NCBI RefSeq assembly: GCF_051307035.1
Contig: NZ_CP195536.1
Location: forward strand, 1,740,001-1,772,000
Reading direction: 5' to 3'
Length of the DNA: 32,000 nucleotides
Origin: Psychrobacter sp. DM4
GTDB taxonomy: Bacteria; Pseudomonadota; Gammaproteobacteria; Pseudomonadales; Moraxellaceae
Below the pieces are notes generated by a model. The model saw nothing but the letters and a program-made list of their open reading frames with translations, was not told where the DNA came from and made no database searches. Positions 18,614 to 26,977 of this stretch are shown here, piece after piece. Within the stretch, counting starts at the first letter, position 1. Each line of letters opens with the position of its first letter. The position numbers and the translations under genes are program-made.

Positions 18614-19351
18614 CTAAATTGTATTCATCTTTGCAGTAGACGCACCGCTATTCGCATGTAGTGCTTCACTAATTACTTTTTCGCTAATTACCTTGTTGAT
18701 ACTAGACGTTGTCGTGGGCGTCTCACCCGGTATAGATCCTAATAGCTGGTAATCATATAACTCTTGCACCATTAGTCCCGCTTGGGTCTCAAACTGAGCA
18801 TTGATATCGACGATGCGGCGCTGAAAATAACGATATGCAACCAGCGCTGGTATAGCGACAATCATGCCCGCAGCGGTAGTAATGAGCGCCTGCGATACCC
18901 CTGCGGCAAGCAATGTCGGATCTTGCATCGTGCTATCTGTGATCGCTAAAAACGAAGATATAATACCTAAGACAGTCCCTAACAACCCAAGTAGCGGCGC
19001 AATTGCCCCTATAGTGCCAAGCATGTTTATATTCTTTTCAAGCTCATGTATCTGTACACTTGCGCGGTTTTGCATGTGCATGGTCATGGACTCAAGCCCA
19101 TACTGACGATAGAGCAAACCGGTGGCTAGTATGTCGCCCAAAGGAGTGTTTTCTTTGACGTTCATCAGTTGCGTGCGGCTGATACTACCACTATCACGCA
19201 AACGGGTGATGAGCTGCTCTCGCAATCTATTTGGAGCCATTTTGCTAAACTGAAGCGTATAGCTACGCTCAATTATAATAATCAGAGCGACTATTGAACA
19301 CACAACGATAGGTGTCATCAACCAACCGCCCGCCTTTACCAGCTCCCACAT
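18614..19351 (-). CDS. exbB: MotA/TolQ/ExbB proton-channel family protein
   Basis: 245 aa. It has three TM segments and the conserved region LGTIGAIAPLLGLLGTVLGII...QALITTAAGMIVAIPA. Confidence 0.88.
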   Translation of the reverse strand: MWELVKAGGWLMTPIVVCSIVALIIIIERSYTLQFSKMAPNRLREQLITRLRDSGSISRTQLMNVKENTPLGDILATGLLYRQYGLESMTMHMQNRASVQIHELEKNINMLGTIGAIAPLLGLLGTVLGIISSFLAITDSTMQDPTLLAAGVSQALITTAAGMIVAIPALVAYRYFQRRIVDINAQFETQAGLMVQELYDYQLLGSIPGETPTTTSSINKVISEKVISEALHANSGASTAKMNTI

Positions 19352-19443
19352 AATGACTCTCTTACTATTTTTATTCTAAGAAACAACTTGATTGTAGTAT
19401 TCAAACGAGATACTAGCTGATTATGAGTAGGCGCAGACCAAAT

Positions 19444-20586
19444 CTAACGTTGCGCTTCTATATATTTGATAATGGCGGAAAGCTCATCTTGATTATGAAA
19501 CATAATCTCAACACTACCCTGTCCGTCTTTTTTATGTTTGAGTTTGACCTCAGCGCCTAACGCATCAGTCAAACGCTGAGTCAAACGCTGCGCATCATGA
19601 GCAGGCGACGGCTCAGTACGACCGGCTTTAGGCGTAGGGTTTAGGATAGATTTAACCAGTTTTTCGGCATCACGAACGGTCATATTACCATCGATAATCT
19701 TTTGCGCGATGATAGGCTGCTGCTCGGATGATAAGGCGAGCAAAGTGCGGGCATGACCCATATCAAGAGCGCTATTGGCGAGGTGGTCTTTGACGGTATC
19801 ATGCAATTGATTGAGCCGTAGCAAGTTTGATACCGTGGTACGTGCTTTGCCCACCACCTCTGCGATCATGGCATGGCTCATACCAAACTCGCTATGAAAG
19901 CGTTGCAAAGCGGCCGCTTGCTCAATGACAGATAAATCTTCGCGCTGAATATTTTCGATAAGCGCAAGTGCGATTGCTAGCTCATCAGATAGCGCGCGTT
20001 CTATCGCCGGAATGACAGTCTTACCTGCCATTTTTGCGGCGCGCCAGCGGCGTTCGCCCGCGATGATCTCGTGCGTAACCAAATCATTGCTTTTATTTTC
20101 AGTGGCGAGCAGTGGACGAATGACGATAGGCTGCATAATACCATGCTGCTCGATTGAAGATGCAAGCTCGGTCAACGCCGTCTCACTCATATCACGGCGC
20201 GGCTGGTACTTACCTGCTTGTAATAAACTGACCTCTATCTGTACTAAGCTGATTTGATCTTCAGTACCATTTTTATCTTTATAAGACTTGTTCGCAGTAC
20301 GCGGCGCACGACTATTAGTACTGCCAGTAGCGCTATTTTGTTTTGTACTGCCCTCTTTTGTACTGGTATTAACGAGTGATGTTTTTACCTTTTTACTACT
20401 TTTAGGCTCACTACTGGATTTGGACTCAGCAAGGGTTTGGGCAGTTGAGATATCCTCTGGCAAAGCACCATCACGCATGGCCATATCATCTTGTAAGGCG
20501 GTAGCGGTCATTTGCTTTTCTTTTTTGATTGACCCAAGTAAGGCATCAAGACCTCTATTGGCAGCCAATCCACGTTTCTTTGCCAT
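19444..20586 (-). CDS. parB: chromosome partitioning protein ParB
   Basis: It has the N-terminal MAKKRGLAANRGLDALLGS, ParB box IIAGERRWRAAKMAG and an HTH region. The ORF is open to GTG 20607, but ATG 20586 matches canonical ParB N-termini. A ~60-aa Ser/Thr/Lys-rich insert follows the N-terminal peptide. Confidence 0.94.
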   Translation of the reverse strand: MAKKRGLAANRGLDALLGSIKKEKQMTATALQDDMAMRDGALPEDISTAQTLAESKSSSEPKSSKKVKTSLVNTSTKEGSTKQNSATGSTNSRAPRTANKSYKDKNGTEDQISLVQIEVSLLQAGKYQPRRDMSETALTELASSIEQHGIMQPIVIRPLLATENKSNDLVTHEIIAGERRWRAAKMAGKTVIPAIERALSDELAIALALIENIQREDLSVIEQAAALQRFHSEFGMSHAMIAEVVGKARTTVSNLLRLNQLHDTVKDHLANSALDMGHARTLLALSSEQQPIIAQKIIDGNMTVRDAEKLVKSILNPTPKAGRTEPSPAHDAQRLTQRLTDALGAEVKLKHKKDGQGSVEIMFHNQDELSAIIKYIEAQR

Positions 20587-20787
20587 GATTCCCAATTCCT
20601 TTAACACTAAAATAAAAGCTCGATTATAACCGATAATAAATGAAAGCGACGTCTAATGACAGAAAAACGATGGCAATATTATTTACCAAGCGTTCATTTG
20701 ACTCAGCCAAAAAATGATTCAATCTTACAAAAAGGTGTCTTTAAAGAAGTCGATAAATAGTTACTTTTGCACACCAAAGTAGCGTAT

Positions 20788-21567
20788 TTATTTGCTTTGT
20801 TTAATGACTTCTGCGGCCAATTTTTGGTAAGCGCGCGAGCCTTTAGACCATTTCTCGTAGGCAATGACTGGCATGCCATGGGCAGGCGCTTCTGCTAAGC
20901 GCACATTTCTTGGGATATGAGTTTTGTACATAGTATCGCCAAAATGGGCTTCAAGCTCAGCCGATACATCGCGAGCCAAAGTATTTCGCGCATCAAACAG
21001 TGTTCTGACAACGCCTCGAATATACAGCGATGGGTTAAGCTCCGTTAAGCGCTCAATCGTTTGCGATAGATCAGCCAACCCCTCTAGCGCATAGTATTCA
21101 CATTGCATAGGAATGATGACCCCATCTGTTGCCACCAAAGCGTTAATAGTCAAAAGATTCAGACTTGGCGCGCAGTCCATTACCACATAGTCATAGGGTT
21201 TGCTTTGCGTCTTAGCTTGATGCTGAGTCAAAGCGGTCATCGCCGTCTTTAGCAGCTCATGACTGTTGGTCTGACCCATCAAAGTCGTATCCATACCCGC
21301 AAGCTCACGGTTAGCACCGATCACATCGAACCCTGCAGGACTTTTCACTCGTGCGTCTTGTAGCAATACGCCATCGAGCAAGACGTCGGTAATACTCAAT
21401 GCCAAATCGTTTTTGTCGAGACCTGTGCCAGAGGTTGCATTGCCTTGTGGATCTAAATCAATTAAAAGAACACGCTTGCGTTTGGCTGCAAGGCTTGCTG
21501 CCAGATTCACCGCTGTCGTCGTTTTGCCAACGCCACCTTTTTGATTCGCAATTGCTATGATTTCCAT
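20788..21567 (-). CDS. parA: chromosome partitioning ATPase ParA/Soj
   Basis: 259 aa. It has the deviant Walker A IANQKGGVGKTTTAVNLA, DLDPQGN and DCAPSL. Confidence 0.95.
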   Translation of the reverse strand: MEIIAIANQKGGVGKTTTAVNLAASLAAKRKRVLLIDLDPQGNATSGTGLDKNDLALSITDVLLDGVLLQDARVKSPAGFDVIGANRELAGMDTTLMGQTNSHELLKTAMTALTQHQAKTQSKPYDYVVMDCAPSLNLLTINALVATDGVIIPMQCEYYALEGLADLSQTIERLTELNPSLYIRGVVRTLFDARNTLARDVSAELEAHFGDTMYKTHIPRNVRLAEAPAHGMPVIAYEKWSKGSRAYQKLAAEVIKQSK

Positions 21568-21621
21568 AAACTCACTCGATATTATTAATATAGGTCTAGC
21601 AGATAAGGACTACTTTATAAA

Positions 21622-22353
21622 TTAAGTCTCTTTACGACTCATCTCAATTAAGTGCCGACTATCATGCAATCTAGGGACATTTAGCTTTATCGTCTTGATT
21701 TGCCATTCTTCTTCTAACGATTGCTTTTCCTGCTCTGTTGGCGATTTGCCTTTCATTGCACATAAGTGCCCGTTAGACTTTAGTCGTGGCTGCGCCGCTA
21801 GTACAAAATCATTTAAACTGGCAAAAGCGCGCGAAGTGACCACATCATAGTTAGCCTCATGCGCCTCAATTCGAGAGGCGATAGGCTGCACATTGCTAAG
21901 TCCAAGCTCACTACTAATTTGCTTAATAAAGCGTATCTTTTTTTGGTTGCTATCTAGAGCAGTGCAATGGCGCTCAGGCTCACAAATAGCAATAATGACC
22001 GCAGGTAGACCTGCTCCTGTACCGATATCGAGTAGGGTTCCTGCCGGCAGATGCGGAATAATCGCTAAGCAGTCGACGATGTGTTTGGTCAATGCCTCTA
22101 CTGGGTCAGTAATCGCCGTTAGGTTGTACGCTTTATTCCATAGTAAGAGCTTATCTAAGTACAATAATAGCGTGCGCTGTCTCGATGCGTCGAGGTTTAG
22201 TGTCAAATCTTTTACCGCCTCTGACAACATGTCTGCAAGTTTGGGTAATTGCGCGCCTATTTTGACAAAACCTGTGCTATCGAGTCCAGAAAAACCTTTA
22301 GGGTCATTCGATTTATGAGCGGGTTTAGTACTCGCATTTGGGGAGACTGACAT
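21622..22353 (-). CDS. rsmG: 16S rRNA (guanine527-N7)-methyltransferase RsmG (GidB)
   Basis: It has WNKAYNLTAI, the SAM-binding LLDIGTGAGLPAV and the DSNQKKIRF motif. The N-terminal 41 aa are extra relative to E. coli-type RsmG. The internal ATG at 22230 (MLSEAV...) is an alternative start. Confidence 0.9.
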   Translation of the reverse strand: MSVSPNASTKPAHKSNDPKGFSGLDSTGFVKIGAQLPKLADMLSEAVKDLTLNLDASRQRTLLLYLDKLLLWNKAYNLTAITDPVEALTKHIVDCLAIIPHLPAGTLLDIGTGAGLPAVIIAICEPERHCTALDSNQKKIRFIKQISSELGLSNVQPIASRIEAHEANYDVVTSRAFASLNDFVLAAQPRLKSNGHLCAMKGKSPTEQEKQSLEEEWQIKTIKLNVPRLHDSRHLIEMSRKET

Positions 22354-22666
22354 AAAACAATGCGTCCGATTTTGGCCTGTGAAACCTCTATTTTATCATG
22401 GGGTTTGCACGTTGAATAGTTTGAGATTGCGCTGATGTCCGTCATCTTATACTATCTTTGAGCGAAGTGATGCGTTATTCGTCTTTTCTGTCTTTTCATA
22501 AATGACATATAATGCCATCCTCTTGGTTTGTTATCAGTGCTGAGCGGTAGTCACTTGAGGAATCTGTTATGCTATGTCAAATTAATACTTAAACATAAAG
22601 ATACGCAAGTATCCTCTTAAAAGTCCTTGTCCATAATACCTATCATATGTCGCTATCTGCCCTGTC

Positions 22667-25573
22667 ATGGTGGATAAGCCCAATAATGAAGCCCAATACT
22701 TTATGACTCAAACTTTGATAAATGCTAACGACACCTTCGCGCCTAACGCAGATAATACAGAAGCTAAACCTGAGAGCTCAAGCACGCCGCATTCTGTATT
22801 TATCACTGTCAATAAACGCTGCTTGCTACGCTCTGAGCAGCTCAAACGCTACAGCAATCATAGAGTATTACCTAAGGACACGCGCGTGGCGCCGCCTTTG
22901 GATATCGGCTTTGGTCAGCAACGCGCGCTCAAAGCTTTGCGTACGGCGCTAGATATTCAGGCCAGTGGCTATCACGTATTTGCCGCAGGTGAGAATGGGC
23001 TGGGAAAACGTACTATCATTAGTCGCATATTGCAAGATAGTGCAGCTGGCGTGCCCACTCCTGATGACTGGGTCTATGTGCATAACTTCTCAGATCCGCG
23101 CACCCCTATTGCGCTGACAATGCCCGCAGGTCAAGCACCCATCCTACAACAGCAAATCAATACATTGTGGCAACAAGCAAAAAAGCGCTTGAGTCAACGC
23201 TTTCGTAGTGATCAGTATCAGAGCCAGATTGAAGCGATAAAAAACGACGCCCACGCGCAAGAGAGCCAAGCCTATGAGGCGTTAAATGCTGAAGGCAAGC
23301 AGTATGATTTGGCACTGACTTTTCGTCCCTCTGACAACAAAGCGGTGTTTGTGCATCCTAGTCAATTGGCGACAGAAACCTCTCTTAGTCATACTGACTC
23401 AAGTACTCCTAACTCAAACGCTACACTAGGTCAGTCAAAGACTGATATGAACTTAGATGTCAACACTCATGTACCTATGAGAGATTCTCAGTCAAACAGT
23501 ACTGTTAACGATAAAGAGTCTACAGCGTCAACTGATGAGAGTCAGTCTGAGGATTACAACAACACGCGGCGTAATTTTGCACAAAAAAACCATATGCATA
23601 AGCGGCTTAGTCAATTGACCATTGCTCTTGAGCAACTAGAAGACGATGCCAATGATGCCATAGAAACCATGCATCGCGATATCGCCACGCGTACGCTTGA
23701 GTCTTTATTTACACCCATCAAAAAGCAATTCGAGACGCTGCCCGCAGTGAGCACTTATCTGACAGCGATGTTCACTGATATGGTCAGCCATGTTGAGCGT
23801 ATCGTGAACGCAGATGATGAAGAGTTTGTGGCCGCTATCCTTGCCACGACGCCGAGCCGCTATGCGGTAAACGTTATGGTCACCCATACCCCTAATAGCG
23901 GCGCGCCCGTAGTATTTGAGGATCTGCCGACGCACCTTAATCTATTGGGTCATGTTGAACAGATCACCCAGTTAGGTACAGTCACGACTGATGTCAGTAT
24001 GATTCGAGCCGGTGCCCTACACCGTGCCAATGGGGGTTATTTGCTACTTGAGGCTAGCCACGTCCTTGAGCATCCTTATGCGTGGCAAGGGCTTAAGCGC
24101 GCTTTACAATCGCGTAAAATTAAACTCTCAAGCTTGGAGCAAATGCTAACCTTGACAGGGAGTTTGTCACTTGCACCTATGCCTATAGATCTGAACGTAA
24201 AGGTTATCTTACTGGGTGAGGCCGATCTTTATTATGAGCTGTTAGAATTAGAGCCTGAGTTCGATGCGGTATTCAAAGTCCGCGCTGATTTTCATGACGA
24301 CGTTATGCGCACCCACGAGCACGAATTGGCTCTCGTTGCCAAGATGGCAGACATCATCGAATACGCAGAGCTTTATCCTTTTGATAGTAGCGCGCAAGCC
24401 GCTTTACTTGAGCACTTGAGCTTACAAGCTGAAGAACAAGATCGCCTAAGCCTACATAGTGATCGTCTGATTAAATTACTCCATGAGTCCAACCGTCATG
24501 CGCGCCTAAATAATGAGAATATCGTTGATGCCACGCACGTAACCAATGCTATAGCCGATATGGATGAGCGCTCAGGCTACTTACGGGATCTATACTGGGA
24601 TGAGCTCAAAAACGGTCAGCAGCTCATCAAGACTCAAGGTCAGGCAGTCGGTCAGGTCAATGCTCTCACCGTCGTCAGCTACGCCGATAGCGAATTTGGT
24701 ATGCCGGCGCGTCTAACTGCGGTTATCCAGCCTAATATTGGCACAGGTGAGATTTTGGATATTGAGCGAGATGTCGACTTAGGCGGTAGCTTGCACGCCA
24801 AAGGTATGCTCATCATGACCAGCTACTTGCGGGCATTGTTTAGTCAGCATCATGCGTTAAATTTTAGCGCCTCGCTCGCTTTTGAGCAAAGTTACGCACA
24901 TATCGATGGCGATAGTGCGACCGTTAGTGAAGCCTGCGCGCTCCTATCTGCTCTAGCTAATGTCCCGATCAATCAAGCGCTGGCAATCACAGGCTCAATG
25001 AATCAGCTGGGTGAAGTACAGGCCGTTGGCGGTATCAATGCCAAGATTGCAGGGTTCTTTGATGCTTGCCGCGAGCAGACGTTGACGGGACAACAAGGCG
25101 TGGTCATCCCTATGGCAAACGTACAGCAGCTTATGCTTCGCGACGATATTATCGAAGCGGTTGAAAACAAACAGTTCTCCATCTACGGCGTTCATACGAT
25201 CGGTGAGGCCTTGACCCTCATGACAGGCTTGCCTATCGATACGCTCAACAAGAAGAAACGCTATCGCAAAGAGACCTTATTTGGCAAAGTATTGCAGCGT
25301 CTTATGCTATGGGATGAAAACCAAGACGACGATAATACTGAAGATAAGGCATCAAAAAAAACATCAAAAAAGAAAGCTGAGCAAAAAGCAAAAAAGCAAA
25401 AAGCAAAGCAGACGCTTAAAAAAGAGGAACGCCAAAAAAACGAGCAGCAGACTAAACGAAAAGATACGCAAGTAAAAGAGACAAATGAGATGCTGTTGAG
25501 ACAAAATAGTTCAGATAATGACTATTTAGAAAGTAACAACTTAAAGGGCAACAACTTAGAGAGTAATGATTAG
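22667..25573 (+). CDS. Lon-like ATP-dependent protease, YcbZ/LonH (AAA_32 + Lon_C) family
   Basis: 968 aa. It has IGFGQQRALKAL followed by Walker A GENGLGKRT. The C-terminal Lon S16 domain has FEQSYAHIDGDSATVSEACALLSALANVPINQALAITGS (catalytic Ser) and GGINAKIAGF (catalytic Lys). A S/T/N/D-rich insert spans about residues 231-300. A Lys-rich tail starts at residue 884. Confidence 0.88.
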   Translation: MVDKPNNEAQYFMTQTLINANDTFAPNADNTEAKPESSSTPHSVFITVNKRCLLRSEQLKRYSNHRVLPKDTRVAPPLDIGFGQQRALKALRTALDIQASGYHVFAAGENGLGKRTIISRILQDSAAGVPTPDDWVYVHNFSDPRTPIALTMPAGQAPILQQQINTLWQQAKKRLSQRFRSDQYQSQIEAIKNDAHAQESQAYEALNAEGKQYDLALTFRPSDNKAVFVHPSQLATETSLSHTDSSTPNSNATLGQSKTDMNLDVNTHVPMRDSQSNSTVNDKESTASTDESQSEDYNNTRRNFAQKNHMHKRLSQLTIALEQLEDDANDAIETMHRDIATRTLESLFTPIKKQFETLPAVSTYLTAMFTDMVSHVERIVNADDEEFVAAILATTPSRYAVNVMVTHTPNSGAPVVFEDLPTHLNLLGHVEQITQLGTVTTDVSMIRAGALHRANGGYLLLEASHVLEHPYAWQGLKRALQSRKIKLSSLEQMLTLTGSLSLAPMPIDLNVKVILLGEADLYYELLELEPEFDAVFKVRADFHDDVMRTHEHELALVAKMADIIEYAELYPFDSSAQAALLEHLSLQAEEQDRLSLHSDRLIKLLHESNRHARLNNENIVDATHVTNAIADMDERSGYLRDLYWDELKNGQQLIKTQGQAVGQVNALTVVSYADSEFGMPARLTAVIQPNIGTGEILDIERDVDLGGSLHAKGMLIMTSYLRALFSQHHALNFSASLAFEQSYAHIDGDSATVSEACALLSALANVPINQALAITGSMNQLGEVQAVGGINAKIAGFFDACREQTLTGQQGVVIPMANVQQLMLRDDIIEAVENKQFSIYGVHTIGEALTLMTGLPIDTLNKKKRYRKETLFGKVLQRLMLWDENQDDDNTEDKASKKTSKKKAEQKAKKQKAKQTLKKEERQKNEQQTKRKDTQVKETNEMLLRQNSSDNDYLESNNLKGNNLESND

Positions 25574-25613
25574 AGCAAACGAACGATACTTCTACTATTG
25601 TGGAGTAACTCTG

Positions 25614-25682
25614 TCAATGTCATTTAGAATCAATGTCATTTAGAATCAATGTCATTTAGAATCAATGTCATTTAAAATCAAT
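25614..25682. repeat. 16-bp tandem repeat, 4.3 copies (TCAATGTCATTTAGAA)
   Basis: Three identical units at 25614-25661 are followed by one unit with a single G>A change (25662-25677) and a 5-nt partial unit. Each unit contains the small palindrome AATGtCATT. Confidence 0.95.
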
Positions 25683-25727
25683 ATTATATAGACCCTAGAC
25701 GCTCCAACTGTTTTCTGCGATGATAAA

Positions 25728-25819
25728 TAGATTCGCCCGTTTATCTTCGATACCATATTTTGTAGCAACTGATAGTACCCGCTTAAGGGTATTGACTCCA
25801 CCTAATGATAAGACTTATC
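25728..25819 (+). promoter_or_regulatory. two GATAA-type inverted repeats in the WYL-regulator promoter/leader region (candidate operators)
   Basis: CGATGATAAA (25728-25737) and TTTATCTTCG (25750-25759) form 10-bp arms matching 9/10. The perfect 13-bp palindrome GATAAGaCTTATC (25807-25819) ends 19 nt before ATG 25839. A TTGACT hexamer lies at about 25790. Confidence 0.35.
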
Positions 25820-25838
25820 CCACAAAAGGTATTTAGCA

Positions 25839-26951
25839 ATGACTGTATCTCAGACTGATAGCCTGCCAACCGATACCAAAGCCATTGCGACAAATAATAG
25901 TAAAGAGAGTGCTGATAGTCGCCATGGCGCGGCAACCACAGCGCGCCAATGGCAGGTGCTCTCGCAGCTCCAACGTAATCGCTGGGTGGGTACTACGCAT
26001 GTGTACGAGCAGTTGGTGCTAGCAGGGTTTGATATTAGTCTACGTACGGTACAAAGAGACTTAAATGCCCTAGCAAAACGTTTTCCTATAGAAAAAAACA
26101 ATGCCAACCCGCAAGGCTGGCGATGGCGTGATGATGCTCCGCTCCAAAGCTTACCGCATATGAATCTATCGCAGGCCGTCGCCTTTAATATGGTTGAGGC
26201 CAATCTCACCCAGCTACTCCCGCCTGCTATTTTAGACGAGCTGTTTCCTTGGTTTGATTTGGCGCGGCGTCAGCTAAAAAATAGCAAGGTTACCCACTCT
26301 TGGATAGATCGCGTGCGTATCGAGCCTGCCACTCAGCCTTTGATCGCACCGCACGTTGATCTAGAGAGCAAAGACAACATTTATCATGCGCTGTTCTACC
26401 AGCTTCAGATACAGGCTTGTTATACCCGTAGTAATAAATCAGAGGCGAGCGAATACATCCTTAACCCTATTGCTATTATTCAGCGCGGCGTCATTATCTA
26501 TATGCTCGCCACTCGTACTGATGACCCTGAGATGATCATTCGCACTTTTGCTCTACATCGGTTCGAGAGCGTTGAGATATTAGATACCCCATCCGTAACA
26601 CCAGAGGGTTTTGAGCTTGACCGCTACCTTGACGCAGGTGGTATGGGCTTTACGCATCATCTACTAAGCCAGCTGCCAGATCATGGCAAAAACACGGCAG
26701 TCGAGCTATGCTTTAGCAAAAGAGCAGGAAAAAGCTTGACTGAAAGTAAGCTGAGCGAAGATCAAACGGTGATAGATAACGATGATGATACTTTGACCAT
26801 AACCGCAACGGTCAATCTGACCTCACAATTGGTCTGGTGGCTACGCGGTTTTGGTAAAGGACTTATTAGCGCCAAACCAGAGCTGCTCTATGAGGCAGTA
26901 CTCAACAAAGCCTCTAAAGACACTCAAGACCTGAGCAAACAAACCCTCTAA
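25839..26951 (+). CDS. HTH + WYL domain transcriptional regulator (YafY/BrxR/CapW-like architecture)
   Basis: 370 aa. The N-terminal winged HTH is WQVLSQLQRNRWVGTTHVYEQLVLAGFDISLRTVQRDLNALAKRF. The central WYL-like segment is IQACYTRSNKSEASEYILNPIAIIQRGVIIYMLATRTDDPEMIIRTFALHRFESVEIL. A further C-terminal domain follows. AAGG lies 9 nt upstream of the ATG. Confidence 0.78.
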   Translation: MTVSQTDSLPTDTKAIATNNSKESADSRHGAATTARQWQVLSQLQRNRWVGTTHVYEQLVLAGFDISLRTVQRDLNALAKRFPIEKNNANPQGWRWRDDAPLQSLPHMNLSQAVAFNMVEANLTQLLPPAILDELFPWFDLARRQLKNSKVTHSWIDRVRIEPATQPLIAPHVDLESKDNIYHALFYQLQIQACYTRSNKSEASEYILNPIAIIQRGVIIYMLATRTDDPEMIIRTFALHRFESVEILDTPSVTPEGFELDRYLDAGGMGFTHHLLSQLPDHGKNTAVELCFSKRAGKSLTESKLSEDQTVIDNDDDTLTITATVNLTSQLVWWLRGFGKGLISAKPELLYEAVLNKASKDTQDLSKQTL

Positions 26952-26977
26952 TAAGACAACTCTAATAAAGGATAACT

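Noticed and set aside
20288-20629. 113-aa plus-strand ORF antisense to the 5' part of parB (and 20012-20257)
   Set aside because: It overlaps the low-complexity insert of parB. The hydrophobic Leu/Phe-rich translation mirrors Lys/Ser/Glu codons on the other strand. There is no independent start signal.
21893-22318. 141-aa plus-strand ORF antisense to rsmG, and the 62-aa minus-strand ORF at 22257-22445
   Set aside because: rsmG motifs on the minus strand are unambiguous. The antisense product has no recognisable features. The 62-aa ORF overlaps the rsmG 5' end out of frame and lacks an RBS.
22354-22666. Possible oriC or DnaA-box cluster next to the parAB-rsmG block
   Set aside because: I found only isolated imperfect matches to TTATCCACA, such as GGTGGATAA at the Lon-like start (22671-22679) and TTATCCCACA at 25815-25824. 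There is no cluster and no AT-rich 13-mer array, and mnmG and dnaA are not adjacent.
25614-25682. Whether the 16-bp tandem array could be a CRISPR array
   Set aside because: The repeats are directly abutting with no spacers, the unit is far shorter than CRISPR repeats, and there are no cas genes. It is a simple tandem repeat.
25850-26209. 119-aa minus-strand ORF antisense to the 5' end of the WYL regulator gene
   Set aside because: The plus-strand frame encodes a clear HTH motif here. The antisense product is Arg/Cys/Ser-rich with no motif. An overlapping gene is possible in principle but unsupported.
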